A program made the position numbers and the translations under genes. From a bacterium (GTDB lineage Bacteria; Patescibacteriota; Minisyncoccia; UBA6257; GWB1-50-10): DNA of 64,000 bases. Below, piece by piece: positions 8,856-17,078 of this stretch. The notes under the pieces are model-generated. The model was not told the origin of the DNA, searched no databases, and was given only the letters and a program-made list of their open reading frames with translations. The stretch is from the NCBI GenBank assembly GCA_021812365.1, contig JAKANQ010000001.1, positions 32,763 through 96,762 on the forward strand. The letters run 5' to 3'. The stretch's first letter is position 1. Every line of letters begins with the position of its first letter.

Positions 8856-9494
8856 TTACCGATAGTCTTCAACAATCATCGTATAAGTGCCGATTGTATT
8901 GGCATCAATGTAGTATTCTCCAGCACCGTACTCAATCGTTTCATCCTTCACCGGACCCATTACATTCATAATCGCTCCGGCTAGTATTTTACCTTTGTAC
9001 AAAAATGCCTGACAAAAATCTCCGGTACAGTCATAACGAATCCGAAAACGCGAACCCGTTATAGTAAAGGGTTCAGATTTCTTCGCGCCGTTTCCGGAAA
9101 AGGTAAAGATTTGTTGGTACGATTTTCCGGGTTGAACCGCAACTGGTTGCGTACGTTCGGGGCTTGTCGGTTGCTGATTATTAACGGTCTTACTCGCCTC
9201 GGGTGACGGCGTATTGTTCTGAGAAATCTCCGCGCCACCGTTCTTCGCTATGAAGACCCCGGCCAAAATAACCAGAATTATAATCGCCAAGATTCTAACC
9301 CCACTCGACAACTCATGCTTAATCCTACCCTCAATGATTTTGTTTATCGGCGGAATCGAAATTGTCGAGGCAACAATAAAGAGAAACCCAGCAAGTGTGT
9401 TGCTTGCTATATTAGCGATTCCCGTAATGAGCAGTATCACGCCAACCAACCATCCAAGAATCAAACCAACGGTTATTTTTTTGTTTTCGTTCAT
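8856..9494 (-). CDS. Hypothetical membrane-anchored protein (3 TM, P/S/T-rich linker, small beta-rich C-terminal domain)
   Basis: ORF track; hydrophobic N-terminus, low-complexity linker. Confidence 0.75.
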   Translation of the reverse strand: MNENKKITVGLILGWLVGVILLITGIANIASNTLAGFLFIVASTISIPPINKIIEGRIKHELSSGVRILAIIILVILAGVFIAKNGGAEISQNNTPSPEASKTVNNQQPTSPERTQPVAVQPGKSYQQIFTFSGNGAKKSEPFTITGSRFRIRYDCTGDFCQAFLYKGKILAGAIMNVMGPVKDETIEYGAGEYYIDANTIGTYTMIVEDYR

Positions 9495-9528
9495 ATGTTT
9501 TTAGTTGAGTCTTGTTCGACCTTGAAGT

Positions 9529-9710
9529 GCTGGCTAGAAACACAAAGCTGCTAGCCAGCGGTCCCTTGCGGAACCCATACTCCTTTCGGAATATGACCAT
9601 CCCTGGTGTTCTGACTAGCAGCTCTCTACCAGGGATGGATTTAGAACCGTGCCGCCGGATTACTCCGATGGGTTAGGTTCCGCCTTACAGCTAGTAAGGC
9701 TATTCAGTTG
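9529..9710 (-). ncRNA. Candidate structured cis-regulatory RNA in the 5' leader of 8856..9494
   Basis: Six adjacent hairpins, three capped by GNRA tetraloops (GUAA, GAAA, GCAA) on the minus strand, plus a 13-nt loop/stem complementarity. Confidence 0.65.
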
Positions 9711-9844
9711 TAAATTGATTTTAACGCATTTCGACCTTTGATTCTATACCCCTATCACAAACCATTGTTTTTGCTAAGCCGGACCATCGACACGTTGTCG
9801 ACAACTTAGCTTTACTTCCCCGACCAGTCTGTCATCCATTAAAT

Positions 9845-11164
9845 ATGGATAAAGAACAAAGGACAGGACTTATCGGCAATCCAGCTGTAGTTCCTATAAT
9901 AAAGGTCAGATATTGCTTATATGCTAGAAAGTCGACCGAACAGGACGAGAAACAAGCCCTTTCGATAGACTCACAGATAAAAGAAATGCTAGCCATCGCT
10001 GAACGCGATGAATTGGAAATAGTCGATATTCGCAGAGAAGCTCATTCAGCTAAAGATTCGGGGCAGAGACTAGTGTTCAAGGAATTATTAGAGGATATAC
10101 GACGAGGGAGATATAACGGAATTCTTACCTGGGCACCCGATCGGTTAAGCAGAAACGCAGGAGATTTAGGAAGTGTGGTTGATCTAATGGATCAAAAATC
10201 GCTTATCGAAATTCGGACTTATGGTCAACAATTCAGAAATTCTCCAAATGAAAAGTTCTTACTAATGATTTTATGCAGTCAGGCAAAACTGGAGAACGAC
10301 AATAAAAGTATCAATGTAAAACGTGGATTAAAGACAAGAGTTGAAATGGGTTTATGGCCAGCCCCAGCTCCAACGGGATATTTAAAAGAAAAGCGGATGG
10401 ATAGAAAATGTGAAACTCTTATTGACCCAGCCAGAGCGCCAGTCATCAAACAGGTGTTTGAAAAAGTTGCTTATGAAAAATGGAGTGGTCGGAAAGTTTA
10501 TAACTGGCTCAAATTCGATCTTAACTTTAAGACGGCTACTGGGAACAAGAATCTCACATTAGGGAATGTGTATATGATTCTTCAAAATCATTTCTATTAT
10601 GGAACTTTTGAATATCCTAAAAATAGCGGCAATTGGTATAAAGGAAAACATGAGCCGATCATAACTAAGGAACTGTTTGATGCGGTTCAAAACCAGGTCA
10701 AAAGCCAATTCATACGATCCGAGAGTAAGGAATTTGCTTTTACTAAATTAATGACCTGCGGCCTATGTGGATCAGGCATAACGGCCGATGAGAAGTTCAA
10801 AAAGCAGAAAAATGGGAATGTTCACCGTCACGTTTACTACGGGTGTACGAAAGTACGAGATAGAGATTGTAAATGTGGGTATATCAACGAGGTTGACCTC
10901 CTAAAACAATTTGAGAAACTTATTGAAAAAATAGATATCGACGAAATCGGAATCAAGGAGAAAATCAAAACTGAGGTTGAGCGGTTTAAGAAATTTCAGC
11001 AAGTAGTTCTCGGATCTAAGAAAAAGATTGTAGTTGCCGATATAGACATAAGAAATTATGCGAAGTACATCCTTAGGGAAAGCAAGGATATAGAGAAAAG
11101 AGAACTTCTAGGATGCCTTAGAAGTAAGATTATTTTAAATAATAAGCAAATCACCATTTCTTAA
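9845..11164 (+). CDS. Large serine recombinase (resolvase + recombinase + Zn ribbon)
   Basis: YARKST catalytic Ser, DRLSRN, APTGY, GKHEPII, CGLCG...YYGC...C. Confidence 0.92.
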   Translation: MDKEQRTGLIGNPAVVPIIKVRYCLYARKSTEQDEKQALSIDSQIKEMLAIAERDELEIVDIRREAHSAKDSGQRLVFKELLEDIRRGRYNGILTWAPDRLSRNAGDLGSVVDLMDQKSLIEIRTYGQQFRNSPNEKFLLMILCSQAKLENDNKSINVKRGLKTRVEMGLWPAPAPTGYLKEKRMDRKCETLIDPARAPVIKQVFEKVAYEKWSGRKVYNWLKFDLNFKTATGNKNLTLGNVYMILQNHFYYGTFEYPKNSGNWYKGKHEPIITKELFDAVQNQVKSQFIRSESKEFAFTKLMTCGLCGSGITADEKFKKQKNGNVHRHVYYGCTKVRDRDCKCGYINEVDLLKQFEKLIEKIDIDEIGIKEKIKTEVERFKKFQQVVLGSKKKIVVADIDIRNYAKYILRESKDIEKRELLGCLRSKIILNNKQITIS

Positions 11165-11257
11165 TGAACTACTCTCTTGCGGTATCAAAAAAATCATTGA
11201 ATTTAAGGGGTCTACTGAGCTTTCCCGGGGACGAATTGAATAGTATAATCAAACAAA

Positions 11258-14200
11258 ATGTCGGACACATTACTTAAAGTAGTTCCAAAACAGCGGAAAT
11301 ACTATCAGGATAAAGCTAATAGCCTGAGGCTACTTGCGGCAAAAGAATTGAGAGATGCCTTTTTGGCCTCCTATGATGAGGATATCTCTCGAAAAACTGT
11401 TTCCGAGTCTTGTTTGGCTGAGTATATTGATACCTTTCCCGATCAAGACTCAGTAAAAACTTTTGCCTTTAATCTTTTAATAAACAATAAAGCTATAGAC
11501 GACTTACTGAAGGGATATGATCCGATAGAAATATCATATGTTGGCTCTTATATAGGAGAGGCAACCTACAGATCCTTTATCAGTCCAACTGATATTTCTC
11601 GAGTAATGGATTTCTTGGCACCATCAAAGGCTATTGGGTATTTTTTCACACCACCGGAGGTAGCATTCTTAATGGCCGATAAAATAATATCTTCTACTGA
11701 CAAAAGTATTGATATCCTAGATCCGAGTGCTGGATACGGTTCGCTATTAGTCGCGTCCTTAATAGTAGCAAAGAATAAAGGGGCAAAATTTAGTTCTGTA
11801 ACCGCAATTGAAGTTGATTCATTTACCTCAAAGAATTTAAAAAAGATTCTTGAAAGAGTTGTCGAGCTATTAGAATTTGATACAAAGCTAAATATTATCA
11901 ATGAAAATGCCATAGGATATTTAGCCAATAGTTTAAACGGTTTATTCGGTCGCCCTGCAAGATTTCAAAAAATCATAATGAATCCACCCTATGGGAGGGT
12001 GAAGTTTTTGAAAAACTTTTTAACAAACAAAGAAACTAGAACCTCTAGCGCTTTATTATCTCACGAAGAACAAGGGATAAAAATAAAAACAAAAGTAGAA
12101 AAGCTAACAAGAGAATTAGATATCATTTCACAAAAGCTCGGTTTCGATTCCAACGTAAGAGAGTACTCGAAATTATTTGTTGCATTAAGCCTCTCAAACT
12201 TAGCTCCCGACGGCCGGATGAGCGTGATTACCCCAAGTACTTGGCTTGGTGATGTTGAGTCGTATGACTTAAGGAAATTAATCATTAACAACTCATACCT
12301 AGAGCAAATTTTACTTTTCCCTGAAGACAGCGGCTTATTCGAAACCGTGAATCAACACACGGCAGTCAGTATCTTGTCTAAACAAGAAAAGGAAATGTTC
12401 GAGATTGTATCCGATTACAATTTGAATGTAAAATTTAGCAGGTCAAACAAGGTTTACTACGCCGATATTAAAAAAAATAATCCACAGGGATTAAAAATCC
12501 CGAAGCATGGCTCGGAGCATGATGAAATCATTTCCAAAATTCAACAACATAAACCGATCCGGCTAATTGAAAACTTAAAGAACCTTAGGGGAGAAATAGA
12601 TCTCTCCTTAAACAAGGATCTAGTATCCAACAAAGACACTGGCCGTCGATTAATCAGAGGCGATCACGTGGAAAGGTACATACTGCATCCGACGACAAAA
12701 TCTAAACGAGATGGATTCATTGAAGAAAGTAGGCTTGGCGAGAAGTTTCGATCACTTCCTAAATTTAAAGATAGTTTAAATTTCAGAATTGTTGGACGCC
12801 AAGTTTCTTACTTAGATAAAAAGAGGCGCTTAGATTTTTGCCTTATTGATCCTGATAGTTTTGTGAGTAATTCTTGCAACTACCTTTACTTTAAGTCTGA
12901 CGACGGCCAAAAAAAACCGAGCAGAAAGTTACTATCTTTATTGGGGATATTAAATAGCTCTGTTCTTGAATGGTATTTCAGGCTTTACAATAGCAACAAC
13001 CATGTCGCTAACTACGAGATAGCAAATTTTCCAGTCTGCTTAGATAGTGAATTTATTCCGCTAATAGCGAAATCTACGGAATTTCTTATCGGGGCATATA
13101 AAGAAGAATCACGGGATGAATCTGTTTCTGGCATAGAAGATTTCCACGATGCCTTGGTTGGCGTGGCGTATGATCTTACGCCAATAATGATCGGTACTAT
13201 TATGGAGTCAATTGACCCCAAAAGAAAAGGTAGGGTTGTAAATTTTGCGGAACACATATGTGAAGGTAATCTACCTCTCGATTTTATGAAGAGCGATCAT
13301 TGGTTTAATCATTATGTCTCAACGCTGTCTGATTTAGACCAAGAGATAATTAAACATGTTCCCCAAGGAGGAAATTGGCAAGATATTCCCGAGGAAGTTC
13401 CTTCTCAAAGGCTACGGCAGATACGTGAAATGTCGAAAGAGCGCGGTGTTGTGCGAACTACCTATTATGGAAGACTAAGACCGGATCAACCATCATATAC
13501 CATTGCTACGTACTATAATCGTCCCGGTAATGGAACAAACATTCATCCATGGGAAGACAGGACGATTTCTTCGCGTGAAGCGGCAAGACTCCAATCTTTT
13601 CCCGATAGTTATATTTTCTTTGGATCTGAAGGCGGTATTAGAACTCAGATAGGAAATGCCGTCCCTCCGCTACTTGCTTATTCATTGGGAAAGCATATCG
13701 GAAGCCGCTATGGCTTTGGCACCTGCGTTGACGCCTTTGCCGGTGCCGGTGGTCTAAGTTGTGGATTAGAGCTTGCTGGCTGGAAAGTGATTGCGGCTAA
13801 CGACAATGATAAACACGCCTCAATAACTTACCGGGCGAATAGGCCCACGGAAAAGACGCCGACTAGTGATGACAAAAAGACTTTCTTTGTAGAGGGAGAT
13901 ATTAACAATAAGAAAATTTGGGAAGAACTTTTATCAGGAATCAAAAAGAAGCTCGGCAATAAAGAATTAGATCTGCTAGTAGGTGGCCCACCGTGCCAAG
14001 GGTTTTCCCACGCTGGATTCAGAAGAGAGGATGATATACGCAACGACCTAGCCTCTATATATTTGAAGCTAGCAATTAAGCTAAGTCCTAAGACCTTTAT
14101 TCTTGAAAATGTAGAGGGACTTCTCACATACAATTCCGGACAGGTAGTAAAGGATATCATTGAGGCTTTGACGGATATCGGCTATCACGTTGAAGCTCCA

Positions 14201-14521
14201 TGGGTACTTAACGCAGAGCAATTTGGCGTACCTCAAATGCGAAGACGAGTATTGATTGTTGCGAATAGAAAAGAAATTGTGCCAAATATGCCAAACTTAT
14301 TTCGCAAATGTGCTGGTCGACGTTCTGGAAAGGTTATTGAGCAACTACACTTAGCACCTCCCGTGACTGCGGGAGAGGCTCTTATAGATCTACCACCGCT
14401 AAAGAAAAGAAGATTTCTAAAGGGAATTAATGATATTAACAAATTGTATTCCCAATGGTTAAAAGGGCTAATTAGCGCTGAGAGATTCCTAGAATCGCGA
14501 TCTAAGATAAGGGAATCGTAG
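11258..14521 (+). CDS. Bifunctional DNA methyltransferase: m6A (gamma) domain fused to a circularly permuted m5C domain
   Basis: DPSAGYG and NPPY; then REAARLQSFPD and QIGNAVPP (motifs IX, X) precede DAFAGAGG (I), GGPPCQGFS (IV), ENV (VI), QMRRR (VIII). Confidence 0.92.
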   Translation: MSDTLLKVVPKQRKYYQDKANSLRLLAAKELRDAFLASYDEDISRKTVSESCLAEYIDTFPDQDSVKTFAFNLLINNKAIDDLLKGYDPIEISYVGSYIGEATYRSFISPTDISRVMDFLAPSKAIGYFFTPPEVAFLMADKIISSTDKSIDILDPSAGYGSLLVASLIVAKNKGAKFSSVTAIEVDSFTSKNLKKILERVVELLEFDTKLNIINENAIGYLANSLNGLFGRPARFQKIIMNPPYGRVKFLKNFLTNKETRTSSALLSHEEQGIKIKTKVEKLTRELDIISQKLGFDSNVREYSKLFVALSLSNLAPDGRMSVITPSTWLGDVESYDLRKLIINNSYLEQILLFPEDSGLFETVNQHTAVSILSKQEKEMFEIVSDYNLNVKFSRSNKVYYADIKKNNPQGLKIPKHGSEHDEIISKIQQHKPIRLIENLKNLRGEIDLSLNKDLVSNKDTGRRLIRGDHVERYILHPTTKSKRDGFIEESRLGEKFRSLPKFKDSLNFRIVGRQVSYLDKKRRLDFCLIDPDSFVSNSCNYLYFKSDDGQKKPSRKLLSLLGILNSSVLEWYFRLYNSNNHVANYEIANFPVCLDSEFIPLIAKSTEFLIGAYKEESRDESVSGIEDFHDALVGVAYDLTPIMIGTIMESIDPKRKGRVVNFAEHICEGNLPLDFMKSDHWFNHYVSTLSDLDQEIIKHVPQGGNWQDIPEEVPSQRLRQIREMSKERGVVRTTYYGRLRPDQPSYTIATYYNRPGNGTNIHPWEDRTISSREAARLQSFPDSYIFFGSEGGIRTQIGNAVPPLLAYSLGKHIGSRYGFGTCVDAFAGAGGLSCGLELAGWKVIAANDNDKHASITYRANRPTEKTPTSDDKKTFFVEGDINNKKIWEELLSGIKKKLGNKELDLLVGGPPCQGFSHAGFRREDDIRNDLASIYLKLAIKLSPKTFILENVEGLLTYNSGQVVKDIIEALTDIGYHVEAPWVLNAEQFGVPQMRRRVLIVANRKEIVPNMPNLFRKCAGRRSGKVIEQLHLAPPVTAGEALIDLPPLKKRRFLKGINDINKLYSQWLKGLISAERFLESRSKIRES

Positions 14522-16082
14522 TAGAATCGCTGAGGATAGAAAAAACTTGGCGTAACTTTTTGCTTAGAGCAGAGTACTTCTTAGAATCAATTTTCTTTGA
14601 TCGCAAGCCTGAGATATTGCTTTCTCTTTTTGTGCTAGAAACATTTGTTTTCATAGCCCTGTCCCAATTCTTCATATCTGGTGACAGAGGTATTTTCTTT
14701 GCTTCGGCAACAACCGCATCAATTTCGCCACTAAAGTTATCTACGTAGATCTTACGCACCTTCCTATCAACAATGGACTTATCTTGATAAAGCATAAGTT
14801 CTTCGAACGCTATGCGAATTATTCTGTTCGAAAGACTATTGCGAAGCTTAGTATTGATTGGCGTTTTACTAAAGCTTGCAAAGGTTAGGTCACTAGAATT
14901 AAGTTTGTCGAACTTAACTCTGAACAGCGCATATTCTGGATGGAGTATCGTCGTTAGATATTCTGAATAACCGTTCTCGAAAAGAGAGTAAAGCGTTCTA
15001 AGATAGAAGTCTTGCATCGCCCTCATGTAGTCACTCAACTCTTTGGCATCCCTATCGTTTTTGACCAAAAACTTGTACTTATCCCACAATGGTTGCACTT
15101 GCCAACTAGCCACAGATTCATTTGTGCGTTTTTCATAGTCAATTAATATCTTTATATCGCTTAAAAACATTCTGCGATTCTTACTACTATTACAAGGTCC
15201 GCAAGTTGGGAGAAATAAAGGAAGCTGTTTAAATCCACAAGCTAAAGGACCAACATGATCTGGACTTATTTTCTTAAGCTTTTTGCCGCATATGTAACAC
15301 CTTCCGGCGCCAGCGGAATTATATAGCGCGTCAGCGATCAGCCAATCGCCGTCAGACCATAATTCAAAAACCCTTCTATCGTGAAGATAAGATTTAAGGT
15401 TTTCGGGCGATCTTCCGGGGTCTTTTGTAGCTCTGCATAAGTGGCAATAGTCATGGAAACCATCTAAGCGATCTGGTGGATTGCACATGAAACCGGGACT
15501 CAGATAGACTGAACGAATATAATTACTTTTCTCAAAAGCTTCTTTGGAAAAACCAAATTTATTAAAGAAATCAGCTCTTTCGGGAAAAATCTTTTCTAGG
15601 CGCTCTTCAATCTGCTTTTTATTTTCGATTCCGCCAAGAATTTTGATCGCCTCGTCAATAGGCATCTTTTTTGAGAATAGAGAAGTTTTTGTTTCTCTGT
15701 TTAGATATTCTGTAAATACGTGATTGAGATAGAAATAGCCGACGTTTTGCGATTTCCCGCATAGACGACAAGGTCTATAGCCTGTGGGGCTAATCAACCT
15801 CGCCGTTATACTAAAACGATCATCAGAATTTCCTTTTCCCGGAACTTTAAGACTGTTCGCCTTTTTAACCCACCACTCAAAGCGCTCTACGTAATATTTG
15901 TAAAAAGAGGTTGATTTGCCAGAGCTGACTTGCCAATTTATTTTCCCATTTTCAGATATGGCGTTAGGCATTCCTTTGAAGTTGGGGTGTTTAACAATAA
16001 GGCCCATGTAATCAATGTAATTTTGATGGGCCTGATATTTCCCTCTGCCGTAAACTGGTTTTGCCATTTCCTTCACTTCCAT
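14502..16082 (-). CDS. Alw26I/Eco31I/Esp3I-family type IIS restriction endonuclease
   Basis: CRLCG, SPGFMCNPPDRLDGFH, DRRVFELWSDGDW, HNH-like CxxC...DHVGP...CxxCN; convergent with the dual MTase. Confidence 0.85.
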   Translation of the reverse strand: MEVKEMAKPVYGRGKYQAHQNYIDYMGLIVKHPNFKGMPNAISENGKINWQVSSGKSTSFYKYYVERFEWWVKKANSLKVPGKGNSDDRFSITARLISPTGYRPCRLCGKSQNVGYFYLNHVFTEYLNRETKTSLFSKKMPIDEAIKILGGIENKKQIEERLEKIFPERADFFNKFGFSKEAFEKSNYIRSVYLSPGFMCNPPDRLDGFHDYCHLCRATKDPGRSPENLKSYLHDRRVFELWSDGDWLIADALYNSAGAGRCYICGKKLKKISPDHVGPLACGFKQLPLFLPTCGPCNSSKNRRMFLSDIKILIDYEKRTNESVASWQVQPLWDKYKFLVKNDRDAKELSDYMRAMQDFYLRTLYSLFENGYSEYLTTILHPEYALFRVKFDKLNSSDLTFASFSKTPINTKLRNSLSNRIIRIAFEELMLYQDKSIVDRKVRKIYVDNFSGEIDAVVAEAKKIPLSPDMKNWDRAMKTNVSSTKRESNISGLRSKKIDSKKYSALSKKLRQVFSILSDSTTIPLS

Positions 16083-16146
16083 AACCGAAATATGCCACTT
16101 TTTAGGTGTTTTTACAATGTTGTTTTTGTTTTATCAAGAACACCAA

Positions 16147-16185
16147 AAAGAAAAACCACTGAAATTTATCAGTGGTTTTTCTTTC
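16147..16185. terminator. Intrinsic terminator downstream of the tRNA-Gln locus
   Basis: AAAGAAAAACCACTGA...TCAGTGGTTTTTCTTT inverted repeat. Confidence 0.65.
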
Positions 16186-16283
16186 TTGAATACGGCACTC
16201 AGCCGGTATGCTATGGACTGTATGGAGTGCTCTCGCTCTTCGGCTTGATCCACGCTTCTCGAGCGGGATAACCTATCACGAGT

Positions 16284-16338
16284 TGGCTGGGGGACTAGGA
16301 ATCGGACCTAGATTCACGGCTTCAAAGGCCGCTGTCCT
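16284..16338 (-). repeat. 3' portion of tRNA-Gln (from A21 through encoded CCA)
   Basis: 16286-16338 is identical to 16386-16438 (exact 100-bp offset); ends in CCA. Confidence 0.9.
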
Positions 16339-16386
16339 GTCGCTCGCGCAGTGAGGAAATAAATACATGAACATTTCTATGCATTG

Positions 16387-16457
16387 CTGGGGGACTAGGA
16401 ATCGGACCTAGATTCACGGCTTCAAAGGCCGCTGTCCTACCATTAGACGATCCCCCA
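16387..16457 (-). tRNA. tRNA-Gln(TTG), complete inner copy without encoded CCA
   Basis: TGGGGGATCGTCTAATGGTAGGACAGCGGCCTTTGAAGCCGTGAATCTAGGTCCGATTCCTAGTCCCCCAG folds as a cloverleaf with anticodon TTG. Confidence 0.92.
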
Positions 16458-16522
16458 GCAATACACACAAAAACATGTGCATGTATTATATTTCCGAACG
16501 AAACGTAGTGACAAGCGTAGCG

Positions 16523-16543
16523 CTACCATTAGACGATCCCCCA
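16523..16543 (-). repeat. 5' portion (21 nt) of tRNA-Gln
   Basis: TGGGGGATCGTCTAATGGTAG, identical to 16437-16457; preceded by a TTTACA-N17-TAAAGT promoter-like sequence. Confidence 0.85.
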
Positions 16544-16689
16544 ATGAAGATAACTTTATACAATAAACGCAAAAGTGTAAATGAAAAGTACGTTCATAGA
16601 GGAACGTCGTTTTATAAGGTTTCAACGGCATAAACCATGCGTTATTCGGGGAATATGATATAATCGAATTAATCATTTCGAACTATCCT

Positions 16690-17076
16690 ATGGCAAAAAT
16701 ATTCATCATCGATGACGAGCATCCGATACTTAAGATGTATGAGCGCACATTCACGCTCAACGGGTTTGAGACTGAAACGGCATCCGGCGGCGTTGAGGCA
16801 CTCGCATTGCTGAACAGCAAAAAAGAGAAGCCCGACCTTATCCTATTGGACGTAATGATGCCTGAGATGAACGGTATTGAGTTTCTTGAACGAATAAAGA
16901 AAGAAAACGAGTTGAAACATATACCCGTGGTCATACTTACGAACGTTGGCGGAAATGAAGGAGTAAATAAGAGAGCGATGGAACTGGGCGCCGACCTCTA
17001 TTTGGAGAAGGTCGCGCATGCTCCCGCGGAAATAGTTGAAGAAGTAAGAAGGCTTCTTGAAAGCAGGAAGATCTAA
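16690..17076 (+). CDS. Single-domain response regulator (receiver)
   Basis: IIDDE, PDLILLDVMMPEMNG, LT, K motifs. Confidence 0.92.
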   Translation: MAKIFIIDDEHPILKMYERTFTLNGFETETASGGVEALALLNSKKEKPDLILLDVMMPEMNGIEFLERIKKENELKHIPVVILTNVGGNEGVNKRAMELGADLYLEKVAHAPAEIVEEVRRLLESRKI

Positions 17077-17078
17077 GG

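Larger units (their letters stand above)
2140..16283. mobile_element. Putative integrated element/genomic island adjacent to tRNA-Gln (boundaries approximate)
   Basis: Repressor, terminase pair, ParB-MTase, serine recombinase, TIR cassette and RM system clustered between an efflux operon and the 3' end of tRNA-Gln. Confidence 0.7.

Noticed and set aside
9529-9710. Assignment of the structured leader to the ydaO/c-di-AMP family
   Set aside because: CUGAAU and GGAACC are superficially similar but the remaining consensus is not seen; left unassigned.
13300-14521. Permuted m5C motif order as a novel or misassembled feature
   Set aside because: This permutation is established for the Alw26I/Eco31I/Esp3I methyltransferases.
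16284-16338. tRNA 3' duplicate as a classical attL/attR of the 14-kb island
   Set aside because: It lies only 100 bp from the full tRNA, no matching tRNA fragment was seen at the far end of the island, and the matching 5' fragment explains it as a split outer copy.
16284-16543. Repeats at ~100-bp spacing as a CRISPR array
   Set aside because: The repeats are tRNA-Gln segments of unequal length and no cas genes are present.
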